Positions 49,007-57,675 of a stretch of 64,000 nt of DNA are shown here, piece by piece. Under the pieces are notes generated by a model. That model did no database searches and was not told where the DNA came from. It saw only the letters and a list, made by a program, of their open reading frames with translations. Every line of letters begins with the position of its first letter. The first letter of the stretch is position 1. Origin of the DNA: Gammaproteobacteria bacterium (GTDB taxonomy: Bacteria; Pseudomonadota; Gammaproteobacteria; HK1); assembly GCA_021773635.1 (NCBI GenBank), contig JAJFJV010000005.1, positions 7,645 through 71,644 on the forward strand, written 5' to 3'. The translations under genes and the position numbers were made by a program.

Positions 49007-49147
49007 GGTTACGCGAGGTTTGGCTGGTGGTGTATATTGGCCGTCGCTGCCCTTGGGGCAGACTGAACCTGTAGCGGATGACGGGCAGTATTCCTTGTGC
49101 GCAGCGTCTGGCGCCATCCCCAGAGAAATTTCCAGGAGGAAGCAGCG

Positions 49148-51388
49148 GTGATACTGGAGTTATTCAAGCACCACGCGGTGCGCATGGGACTTAGTCTTCT
49201 CATCCTGCTGTTTTTTCTGGGCCATGTCTCCGGCTACCAGGAATGGGGTTTTATCCATACCCTGGAGCACAAGGCCTACGATGAGCGGCTGCGTTTTACC
49301 ATGCCCGACAAGCCCCATCCCGGGGGCATTGTTATCCTCGATATTGATGAGAAGAGCTTGGCTGCGGAGGGTCGCTGGCCCTGGGGTCGGGACAAACTTG
49401 CCCGGCTCATGGACCTGCTGTTCGACCAGTACGGGGTCAATATTGTGGGCTTCGACGTGGTCTTTGCGGAGCCGGATGAAAGCTCTGGTTTCAAGGTGCT
49501 TGAGGCGCTTTCCGAGGGTGCCTTCAAGGGGGACGAGCGTTTTCGCCAGCATCTCGAAGCCGTGCGCCCGCAAATGGATCGGGATGCCCTTTTTGCCCGT
49601 AGCATGGAAGGTCGCAGGGTCATCCTTGGATACTACTTCAGTGATGCGGGCGAATCGGAGGAATCTCTCGCCAGTGGCAGTTTGCCGCAGGCGACTTTTG
49701 CCGCCGGGGCATTTGCAGGTCGAAAGGTCAAATTTATCGGCGGTCGGGGGTATGGGGCGAACCTGGAATTACTCCAGTCCAAGGCGCTGGGGGCCGGCCA
49801 TTTCAACCCCTTTGTGGATGCGGACGGTATCGTGCGCAGGGTGCCGATGGTCTATGAATTTGAGGGGGCCTATTACGAATCGCTGGCTCTGAAGGTCGCA
49901 CGTACCTATCTCGGGGTGGAGCGGGTGGAACCCGGTTTTGCCACCGAGGCGCGGGCGGGCAAGGGCTATTCCGGCCTGGAGTGGTTGCAGGTCGGTGATC
50001 GGGTCGTGCCGGTGGATGAGCAGGTACGAACTCTGGTTCCCTATCGCGGTCGCCAGGGTAGCTTTCCCTATATTTCGGCTACCGACGTACTCAATGGCGA
50101 AGCAAATGCGGACCAGCTGAAAAATGCCATTGTGCTAGTGGGTACCTCGGCTCCGGGGCTGCTCGATCTGCGGGCCTCGCCGATTCAACGGATTTTCCCC
50201 GGGGTGGAGATTCACGCCAATCTGATTGCCGGCATTCTGGAAAACAGTCTGCGTGAAAATCCTGCCTATACCCTGGGGGCGGAGGTCGTCATGCTGGTGA
50301 TTTCCGGCCTGCTCATGATTATTGCCCTGCCACTCATGGGGCCGTTACGGGCGGCCCTGGCGACACTGTGTTTGTTGCTGGTGGTGGGCAAGGCGAATCT
50401 GCTTATCTGGGAGCACGGTAATTTGGTGGTGCCCATCGCCTCGATCTTGCTGATGGTGCTGCTCCTGTTTTTGTTCAATATGTCCTATGGGTACTTCGTC
50501 GAGTCCCGGGGCAAGCGGCAACTGGCCGGCCTGTTTGGCCAGTACATACCGCCGGAGCTGGTGGACGAGATGAGCGATGACCCGGATGCCTTCTCCCTGG
50601 AAGGGGAGAGCCGGGAGATGAGCGTGCTGTTTACCGACGTTCGTGGCTTCACCACTATTTCCGAGGGTCTGGACCCGCAGGAACTCTCACAACTCATGAG
50701 CGAGTTTCTGACTCCCATGACCCGGGTAATTCACGCCCATCGCGGAACCATCGATAAATATATGGGGGATGCGGTGATGTGTTTCTGGGGTGCGCCATTA
50801 CAGGACCCCGACCATGCGTTGCATGCGCTGGAGGCCGGCTTGGATATGTTGGCGACCCTGAAATCCATGGATGCGGATTTCAAGTCCCGGGGCTGGCCCG
50901 AGATTCGTATTGGCGTGGGAGTTAATACCGGGGCCATGAACGTGGGCAATATGGGTTCGGAATTTCGTATGGCCTATACGGTACTTGGAGATGCGGTAAA
51001 CCTTGGCTCACGGTTGGAGGGGCTGACCAAGCAGTATGGCGTGGACATGATCGTCAACGAGACGACCCGGGAGCAGGTACCGAGTTATGCCTTCCGGGAA
51101 CTGGACAAGGTTCGGGTGAAGGGCAAGGACAAACCGGTAACCATCTATGAGCCGCTGGGTCTGAAGGACGAGTTATCCGCGGAGTTGCGCAAGGAACTGA
51201 AGCTCTATCGGCAGGCCTTGAAGCTGTATCGTCAGCAGAGCTGGGATATGGCGGAAATACAATTTCTCAATTTGCAGAAAACAACCGAGCGGGGGTTATA
51301 TAACCTCTATGCGGAGCGTATTGCACATTTCCGGGAACAGTCGCCAGAGAGCGATTGGGATGGGGTTTACACGCACCAGACCAAGTAA
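49148..51388 (+). CDS. CHASE2 sensor, TM segments, class III adenylate/guanylate cyclase (probably adenylate)
   Basis: The GTG at 49148 is 9 nt after AGGAGG. The N-terminal TM is followed by a periplasmic CHASE2 region (ILDIDEKSLAAEGRWPWGRD), three or four TM segments, then the cyclase domain (MSVLFTDVRGFT, IDKYMGDAVMCFWGAP, YTVLGDAVNLGSRLEG). Confidence 0.85.
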   Translation: MILELFKHHAVRMGLSLLILLFFLGHVSGYQEWGFIHTLEHKAYDERLRFTMPDKPHPGGIVILDIDEKSLAAEGRWPWGRDKLARLMDLLFDQYGVNIVGFDVVFAEPDESSGFKVLEALSEGAFKGDERFRQHLEAVRPQMDRDALFARSMEGRRVILGYYFSDAGESEESLASGSLPQATFAAGAFAGRKVKFIGGRGYGANLELLQSKALGAGHFNPFVDADGIVRRVPMVYEFEGAYYESLALKVARTYLGVERVEPGFATEARAGKGYSGLEWLQVGDRVVPVDEQVRTLVPYRGRQGSFPYISATDVLNGEANADQLKNAIVLVGTSAPGLLDLRASPIQRIFPGVEIHANLIAGILENSLRENPAYTLGAEVVMLVISGLLMIIALPLMGPLRAALATLCLLLVVGKANLLIWEHGNLVVPIASILLMVLLLFLFNMSYGYFVESRGKRQLAGLFGQYIPPELVDEMSDDPDAFSLEGESREMSVLFTDVRGFTTISEGLDPQELSQLMSEFLTPMTRVIHAHRGTIDKYMGDAVMCFWGAPLQDPDHALHALEAGLDMLATLKSMDADFKSRGWPEIRIGVGVNTGAMNVGNMGSEFRMAYTVLGDAVNLGSRLEGLTKQYGVDMIVNETTREQVPSYAFRELDKVRVKGKDKPVTIYEPLGLKDELSAELRKELKLYRQALKLYRQQSWDMAEIQFLNLQKTTERGLYNLYAERIAHFREQSPESDWDGVYTHQTK

Positions 51389-51448
51389 GGGCTGAGCTTC
51401 CATGCTTTCATGCCTGCGGAAACTCCGCTTAATCGAGGGCGTTCCGGG

Positions 51449-52171
51449 CTAAGCGCTGACGGAAAATTCCATCTTGATACCTGCGAGCTCCACGACGTCG
51501 CGAGCTTGCAGGGGGTGGGCCTGACCACCAATAGCATCACCGTTCACGATGGGGTGAGCGCCCTCTACATGGGTGATGAAATAGCCCTGGGGGCGGCGAG
51601 TGATAACCGCTACCTGGATGCCGGGCCGTCCCAGAGTGATCAGCGCTTTCTTCAACTCCAGTTCCTTGCCCGTTGCCGGGCCATTTAATACGCGAATTTT
51701 GCCCAATGGCAGGTCAGCCGTCCCGGTTTGAGCTGCGGTGGGTGCCGGGGCCTCTGCGGCAGCACCTCCGGTGGTGGGTCCCGGCACGTTGGCTTCCGCG
51801 GCTTTTTCCGCCGCTGCGGCATGTCCCACCATCCCGGGGCGAATGATCATGGTTTTCTCAAAATCGTCTTCGGAAGAGGCCTCCTCGTTGACGTATTTGA
51901 GTTCGTGCTTGCCAATACTGATGACGTCACTGTTTTTCAGGGCATGCTTCTTGATGAGCTTGCCATTGACGTAGGTGCCATTGGTGCTATCCAGGTCCTC
52001 CAGGAAGGAGTCATTGAGGATAGTAATAATTGCTGAGTGTTGGCCGCTAACCGCAAGGTTGTCGATCTGAACATCGTTGTCGGGGCGGCGACCGATGGTC
52101 ATACGCTCCTTTTCGAGAGAGTACTCTCCGAGGACCGAAGCGTTGAGGCTGAGTATGAGCTTTGCAGGCAT
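51449..52171 (-). CDS. FHA-domain protein (canonical N-terminal FHA, Ala/Pro/Thr linker, degenerate C-terminal FHA-like domain)
   Basis: The N-terminal domain has IGRRPDNDVQIDNLAVSGQHSAI...STNGTYVNG. The C-terminal domain has TLGRPG...PIVNG but lacks the SxxH and NGT signatures. Confidence 0.85.
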   Translation of the reverse strand: MPAKLILSLNASVLGEYSLEKERMTIGRRPDNDVQIDNLAVSGQHSAIITILNDSFLEDLDSTNGTYVNGKLIKKHALKNSDVISIGKHELKYVNEEASSEDDFEKTMIIRPGMVGHAAAAEKAAEANVPGPTTGGAAAEAPAPTAAQTGTADLPLGKIRVLNGPATGKELELKKALITLGRPGIQVAVITRRPQGYFITHVEGAHPIVNGDAIGGQAHPLQARDVVELAGIKMEFSVSA

Positions 52172-52218
52172 TGGATGTCCTACCCGAACCGGGATGGGTT
52201 AACAGGCTGCAGAAAAAT

Positions 52219-52293
52219 CCCGCTTTCAGCAGTGTGTACAGGGTTTGAGTTCGAAAGACCGCTTTTCAGGTGCGCACGGCATCTGGAAAGCGG
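52219..52293. other. three copies of CCGCTTT(T)CAG, the last two forming an 11-bp hairpin
   Basis: The copies are CCCGCTTTCAG at 52219-52229, CCGCTTTTCAG at 52259-52269, and the inverted CTGGAAAGCGG at 52283-52293. All lie in the 188-bp gap between the PP2C stop and the FHA start. Confidence 0.35.
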
Positions 52294-52359
52294 AGAAAAT
52301 GGGATACGTGCTTTCGCCTCCCGTGCAAAAATTATCTGTAAGGTCTTTTGAACCATGGC

Positions 52360-53181
52360 TTAAAACCAGTTAAATACTCTCGTGTACCAACCCGTTTTTA
52401 CTGGAAACGGCCTCAGTATGCGTACCAGGATGACCGAAATATTGTCCTTGCCACCCGCGTCATTGGCCATTTTCACCAGTACTTCCGCAGCTTGCTGAAG
52501 GTTATCACTGTCTTTCGTCAGGGTTAAGTGGATCGCTTCATCGTTCACGAGGTCAGTAAGACCATCGGAACAGAGGAGATAAACATCTCCCGGCAGGGCC
52601 ACATCTTCCTGCACCTCCGCCTCCACCGCCACGTCGATTCCCACGGCGCGGGTGACCAGATTCTTGTTCTGAGATTCCTTCGCTTCCTCCGGGGTATAAA
52701 AACCTTTATCGATCAGCTCCTGGAGCAGGGAGTGGTCTACGGTAACCTGTTCAAGCACTTCGTTGCGTACACGGTAGAGGCGGGAATCTCCTACATGGGC
52801 AATACTAAGACGGTTATTGTAGAACACCGCCGCCACCAGAGTGGTTCCCATTCCCCTGCATTGTGGCTGACTCTGGGCGGTCTGGTAGATGGTCTCGTTG
52901 GCCTTCTCAGCCGCTGCCTTGAGTAGCAGGGTTTCCCGGCTATAACCGGTTTCCTCATCAATATCCCCCGCACCGAGAGCCCGCGGTTCTGCACGCAATT
53001 CCTCCAGAATCATGTTGACGGCAATGGCGCTGGCGACTTCCCCTGCCTTGTACCCACCCATGCCATCGGCGAGAATCACGATGCCGGTGCGGGTGTCGGT
53101 GCCGATGCTGTCCTCATTGTGGGTCCGCTGCTGTCCGACATCAGAGACACCCACAATTTCGAGTTTGCCCTCCAGGTTCAT
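52360..53181 (-). CDS. PP2C-family Ser/Thr protein phosphatase
   Basis: SDVGQQRTHNEDS, ILADGMGGYKAGEVAS, LLCSDGLTD and GGKDNISVILV are present. Confidence 0.9.
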   Translation of the reverse strand: MNLEGKLEIVGVSDVGQQRTHNEDSIGTDTRTGIVILADGMGGYKAGEVASAIAVNMILEELRAEPRALGAGDIDEETGYSRETLLLKAAAEKANETIYQTAQSQPQCRGMGTTLVAAVFYNNRLSIAHVGDSRLYRVRNEVLEQVTVDHSLLQELIDKGFYTPEEAKESQNKNLVTRAVGIDVAVEAEVQEDVALPGDVYLLCSDGLTDLVNDEAIHLTLTKDSDNLQQAAEVLVKMANDAGGKDNISVILVRILRPFPVKTGWYTRVFNWF

Positions 53182-53208
53182 GCCATTGAGCTTGAGCTTC
53201 CGTGGGGG

Positions 53209-55986
53209 TTAGCCACGAGACACAAATCGCCCATCCTCTCCCCGTGGTTGTGCTTCCTCATCGGTCTTGGCAGTAGCGCCTGAGCCGGTACCCCCACCTG
53301 AGCCAGTCCCCACACGTGAGGCGCAAGCTCGCAAATCACGCGCCATCTCGGCGCCCCGCTGATAGCGTTTTTCCAGATCTTTTTTCAGGGCCTTGTCGAT
53401 AATGGCCTTGAGGCAGGGGGGCAGATCAGGGCGCAGACCCAGTACATCGGGATGGGCGTCGTTGGCAATCTTGTACATCAGGGTCGCCATGGAGTCGCCG
53501 GTAAAGGGTAATTGGCCGGTGAGCATCTGAAACAGCATGACCCCCATGGAGAAGAGGTCCGAATGGCCTCCCACTCGGGTGCCAGCAAGTTGCTCCGGAG
53601 ACATATACGACGGGGTGCCCAGTACCATCCCGGTTTTGGTCTTGCTGGAATCGGTGATCCGGGCGATGCCGAAATCGGTGATCTTCATGGCCCCGGTTTC
53701 CGCGTCGTACATGAGGTTGGCGGGCTTGATGTCGCGGTGCACCACGTTCTGGGAATGAGCATAGTCCAGCGCATCCGCCGATTGCGCCACCAGGTCGATG
53801 ACCGTAGCGACCGGTAATAATTTGTCGGCTTTGGTGTAAGGGGCGAGGTCACCGCCCTTGAGGAACTCCATGGCGATGTACGCGAGGTCGTGTTCCTCGC
53901 CGGCATCAAAGATGGTGACGATGTTGGGGTGATTCAGTCGGCCGGCAGTTTCCGCCTCACGGAAAAAGCGCTCCTTGACCTCGTCGAGCTCATCCGCCTC
54001 GAATTCCTGGGACAGCGCCATGGTCTTGATGGCAACCACCCGGTTGATCTTGGGGTCCTTGCCGAGATACACGATACCCATGGCACCCTTGCCAAGTTCC
54101 TTTTCCACCTGATAGCGACCGAGCATGGGTTTTTGTACGCCGTCCCCGGAGAGAATCATGGTGGCCTGGGCGCCACCGCCTGCGCTGCCGAGCATCACGG
54201 TGTCTTCCATCACCTTGCTGCGCGACATGCGAGATTCCAGATCGCGGAACTTGGGATTGAAATCCGCCATGTACTGGTACACCGAACCGGCCTTGTTGAA
54301 CTGCCGCTTGCGCTCGTAATCGAGGGCCAGGTTGTACAGCAGATCCATGACCGAATCGTCCAGCGGGCACTTGCGGAATTTGTCAAAGGCCATGTCCAGC
54401 TGGCCCTGTCCCTGGAAGGCGAGCCCCAGCATGCGATTGGTTTCCGCGGAATCAGCATCCGAGGCGAGCTTGCCACGCTCGGTGACCAGATAACGTTTGG
54501 TGGTTAGCAGCAGATGGCCAGCGAGCAGCAGGCTGGCGGGAACCATGAGTTGCAGCCATAGACCCTGATTGGTCATGAGGACGAAGTGGGTCACCAACAG
54601 GGTGATAAATAAAAGCGCAGTGACGGAGGCGCCAGCCGCCGCCTTCAGCCGTGGCAGCAGTGCGATGAGATACAGGGCAATAAACAGGAAGGCACCGATC
54701 TCGGCCCAGTTTCCCCAGGTCGGGACAACGAAAAAGTCCTCGTTAAGAATGCTGGAAACCGAATGGGCCAGGGTAAGCACTGGTGCCATGGCGGGAGAGA
54801 CCGGCGTGACCTGCGGGCTCCCTACGCCTGTTGCGGTGGCGCCTATCAACACCACCTTGCCGCGATATTTTTCCGGCGGAATTTTGCCGCTGATAACGTC
54901 GTAGAAGGAATCTACCGAGAAGGCCGGGATGCCATCCATCTCGCCATAAAAGAAGGTGTGCATCTGCAGGGCTTCGTCGGTGGCAATCTGCAGCCCGCCC
55001 AGACGCACGCCTTCGCCAAGACGGATTTCAATGTCCTTGTTTTTGAGGTTAAGGCTCTTGGCCGCGAGCAGTAGCGACAGGGACGGGTAATAGCTGTCGA
55101 AATAGCGCAGCACCAGGGGTTCGGAGCGGATGCCGCCGTCCACGTCCACGTTGGCATTCAGATGACCTACGGCCAGGGCCGTGGTTCCCAGTTCCTCAAT
55201 GGGCGGAATCGCGGCCACCGTGGGCAAGGGCAACAGGCCGTTGACTAGGGCATCCACGCGATCAATCACATTGGGTAGCGCGTTGCGGGTTACGTATTCC
55301 GGCAATTCCTGATCCGGATTGCCCAGCGGCTCGCCGATAACAAAGGGCATGGCCAGCACTACATTGCCCGCCATTGCCAGTTGTTCGGCCAGCTTGCGGT
55401 CGGTGTTGAGGGCCTCTTCCGCCTCGCCGATCTGGGCGGCAAGAATATCCACCTCGTCTTGCAGGCTCTTGGCAAGCGCAGAGTCAGCCAAAAATTCACG
55501 GGTCTGGATTGCGGCCTTGTTGCCAGCCGGTAGCTCATCTACCAATGCCTGGAGTAATTCAACTTCACTGGGCACCTCCTGGTAGAGGCGGGAATTTGCC
55601 AGGAAGGCGCCTAGCTCCGCGATGTGGGCAAGACCGGGGTCCAGCTGTGGTTCGAGGAAAAAGACCGTGTTGCCGATGACCTTGGCCTGGGCCTGAGTGA
55701 GCAGTTCGATAATGTGGGCGTGGAGGTCGCGGGGCCAGGGCCAGCGCCCGAGATTATTGATGCTTTCGTCATCGATGGCGATGACAGCGACCTTGTCGCC
55801 AGGTTCTGCAGTGGAAGCACGTACCCCGAAATCGTAGGCACTACGTTCCAGTCCCTGGAGGAACTCACCACGCCCTGCGATGAGGAAAATCAGCGTGATA
55901 ATGACGCCGGCAAACCAGTCCTTTGTCCAGAAGCCTTTCTTCACCCCGTGCTCCCCAGTTCTTGTAATGGACCAACTATAGGCCAT
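53209..55986 (-). CDS. CHASE2 sensor, TM segments, TPR-like linker, C-terminal Hanks-type Ser/Thr protein kinase
   Basis: The ATG at 55986 starts an N-terminal TM followed by CHASE2 (IAIDDESINNLGRWPWPRD) and TM segments. The kinase motifs are GKGAMGIVYLG, VAIK, HRDIKPANLM, DFGIARI, and SYMSPEQ. The track ORF extends to 56067. Confidence 0.85.
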   Translation of the reverse strand: MAYSWSITRTGEHGVKKGFWTKDWFAGVIITLIFLIAGRGEFLQGLERSAYDFGVRASTAEPGDKVAVIAIDDESINNLGRWPWPRDLHAHIIELLTQAQAKVIGNTVFFLEPQLDPGLAHIAELGAFLANSRLYQEVPSEVELLQALVDELPAGNKAAIQTREFLADSALAKSLQDEVDILAAQIGEAEEALNTDRKLAEQLAMAGNVVLAMPFVIGEPLGNPDQELPEYVTRNALPNVIDRVDALVNGLLPLPTVAAIPPIEELGTTALAVGHLNANVDVDGGIRSEPLVLRYFDSYYPSLSLLLAAKSLNLKNKDIEIRLGEGVRLGGLQIATDEALQMHTFFYGEMDGIPAFSVDSFYDVISGKIPPEKYRGKVVLIGATATGVGSPQVTPVSPAMAPVLTLAHSVSSILNEDFFVVPTWGNWAEIGAFLFIALYLIALLPRLKAAAGASVTALLFITLLVTHFVLMTNQGLWLQLMVPASLLLAGHLLLTTKRYLVTERGKLASDADSAETNRMLGLAFQGQGQLDMAFDKFRKCPLDDSVMDLLYNLALDYERKRQFNKAGSVYQYMADFNPKFRDLESRMSRSKVMEDTVMLGSAGGGAQATMILSGDGVQKPMLGRYQVEKELGKGAMGIVYLGKDPKINRVVAIKTMALSQEFEADELDEVKERFFREAETAGRLNHPNIVTIFDAGEEHDLAYIAMEFLKGGDLAPYTKADKLLPVATVIDLVAQSADALDYAHSQNVVHRDIKPANLMYDAETGAMKITDFGIARITDSSKTKTGMVLGTPSYMSPEQLAGTRVGGHSDLFSMGVMLFQMLTGQLPFTGDSMATLMYKIANDAHPDVLGLRPDLPPCLKAIIDKALKKDLEKRYQRGAEMARDLRACASRVGTGSGGGTGSGATAKTDEEAQPRGEDGRFVSRG

Positions 55987-56131
55987 ATTATGCTGAATAT
56001 ACAAGATAAAAATACTTTCAGAATCTTGCTGGAACGGCCTCTGGGCATGGCCCGGAATGGTGGCCAACAGGGGCTGATACGGAGCGCAGTCGCTTCTTGT
56101 GGCGCGGCCACAACGACGGAGTGCCGATTAG

Positions 56132-56962
56132 GTGCAGCTGATATTTACCAAAATGCATGGCTTGGGTAACGATTTCGTCGTCATCGATAACCGTAGTGGG
56201 CGTTTGCAGGCGGATGCGGCCCGGATGCGTTTTCTGGCCGATCGTCGCCGTGGCGTGGGGTGTGACCAGGTGTTGTTGCTGGAGCAAGCCTGGGACAGCA
56301 ATGCCGATTTCCGCTATCGCATCTTCAATGCGGACGGTGGTGAGGTAGAGCAGTGTGGCAATGGCGCTCGCTGTATTGCGCGTTTTGTCCACGAGGCCGG
56401 GTTTTGCGAGCGCGATGAACTGAGTTTTGAGACCGTCAAGGGAATCATTCGCACCCGCCGGGAAGCCAATGGCCAGGTCACGGTGGACATGGGGGGCCCG
56501 TGTTTTGAGCCTGCCAAAATTCCATTTATCAGTGAGCAGTCGGCCCCCAGGTACTTGCTTGATCTTGCCGATGGAGAAGTGGAAGTGGGAGTCGTTTCCA
56601 TGGGAAATCCACATGCGGTGCTGCAGGTGAGTGACGTCGATGACGCGCCGGTAGTGACGCTGGGGCCTGCGATTCAATCCCTGGGGTGTTTTCCCCAGGG
56701 GGTTAACGTCGGCTTCATGCAAATTCTTGATCCCGGCGCCATTCGTCTGCGGGTCTTCGAGCGGGGCGTTGGAGAGACGGCGGCCTGTGGCAGTGGTGCC
56801 TGTGCTGCGGTGGTGGTGGGACGACGGCAGGGGTTGTTGGAGTCCATCGTTGATGTGGCCTTATCGGGAGGGCATCTGCTTATCCAGTGGGATGGAGAGC
56901 AGGGCCCCGTGCTGATGACGGGAGCGGCAACCCGGGTCTATGAGGGGAGTATGGAAATATGA
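56132..56962 (+). CDS. dapF: diaminopimelate epimerase
   Basis: (M)QLIFTKMHGLGNDFVVID, with the catalytic Cys contexts EQCGNGARC and ACGSGA. Confidence 0.95.
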   Translation: MQLIFTKMHGLGNDFVVIDNRSGRLQADAARMRFLADRRRGVGCDQVLLLEQAWDSNADFRYRIFNADGGEVEQCGNGARCIARFVHEAGFCERDELSFETVKGIIRTRREANGQVTVDMGGPCFEPAKIPFISEQSAPRYLLDLADGEVEVGVVSMGNPHAVLQVSDVDDAPVVTLGPAIQSLGCFPQGVNVGFMQILDPGAIRLRVFERGVGETAACGSGACAAVVVGRRQGLLESIVDVALSGGHLLIQWDGEQGPVLMTGAATRVYEGSMEI

Positions 56963-57654
56963 AAGCGAATACCGAGCAGGTGGTAACGGAAGCTGGAGCA
57001 ACTGAGGAGATCGTGCGGTTTCTCCAGCAACATCCGGATTTCCTCTGTGAGCACCCCGAACTGGTAGAGAAAATGCGGGTGCCACACCACTGTGGTGCAG
57101 CGGTTTCCCTGGTGGAGCATCAGGTGAGTGTGCTGCGGGATCACAATCATCGCCTGCGCCGCGAGTTCCACTCCCTGATTGATCGTGCGCGCGAAAATGA
57201 AGCGCTTTATGCACGCCTGCACAGCCTGACCCTGGCCCTGTTGGCCTGTCAGACGCCCGCCGAGGTGTTTGAGACGGCTTCAGCGGGACTGGTGAGGGAT
57301 TTCGATGCCGAATTCGTCGTCATTGAGTTGTTTGCGCCACAGCCGGCGAAGCTGGGTGCGGGTCTACCGCAATTTGTCGGTGCCGATGGACCAGGTACCG
57401 CCCTTTTTAAAGGGATCCTGGAAAGTGGTGACACCGTGTGCGGTCACCTCCGGCCGGAGCAGTGGGATTACCTGTTCTCGGAGCAGTGGGAAAAGCCGGG
57501 ATCTGCGGCTTTGCAACCGCTGGGTGGAGATGAGATGCCGGGCTTGCTGGCTATCGGCAGTCGCGATCCGGGGCACTTCCATCCCGCCATGGGTAGCGCA
57601 TTTCTGGAGCAGCTGGGCGGCGTATTAGGGGCTATTTTGGGGCGCTGGATTTAG
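56959..57654 (+). CDS. DUF484-family protein (YigA-like)
   Basis: IVRFLQQHPDFLCEHPELVEKM...LVEHQVSVLR is present. It occupies the conserved position between dapF and xerC and overlaps dapF by 4 nt. Confidence 0.75.
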   Translation: MKANTEQVVTEAGATEEIVRFLQQHPDFLCEHPELVEKMRVPHHCGAAVSLVEHQVSVLRDHNHRLRREFHSLIDRARENEALYARLHSLTLALLACQTPAEVFETASAGLVRDFDAEFVVIELFAPQPAKLGAGLPQFVGADGPGTALFKGILESGDTVCGHLRPEQWDYLFSEQWEKPGSAALQPLGGDEMPGLLAIGSRDPGHFHPAMGSAFLEQLGGVLGAILGRWI

Positions 57655-57675
57655 CACATTACCGAGGCTTTCATC

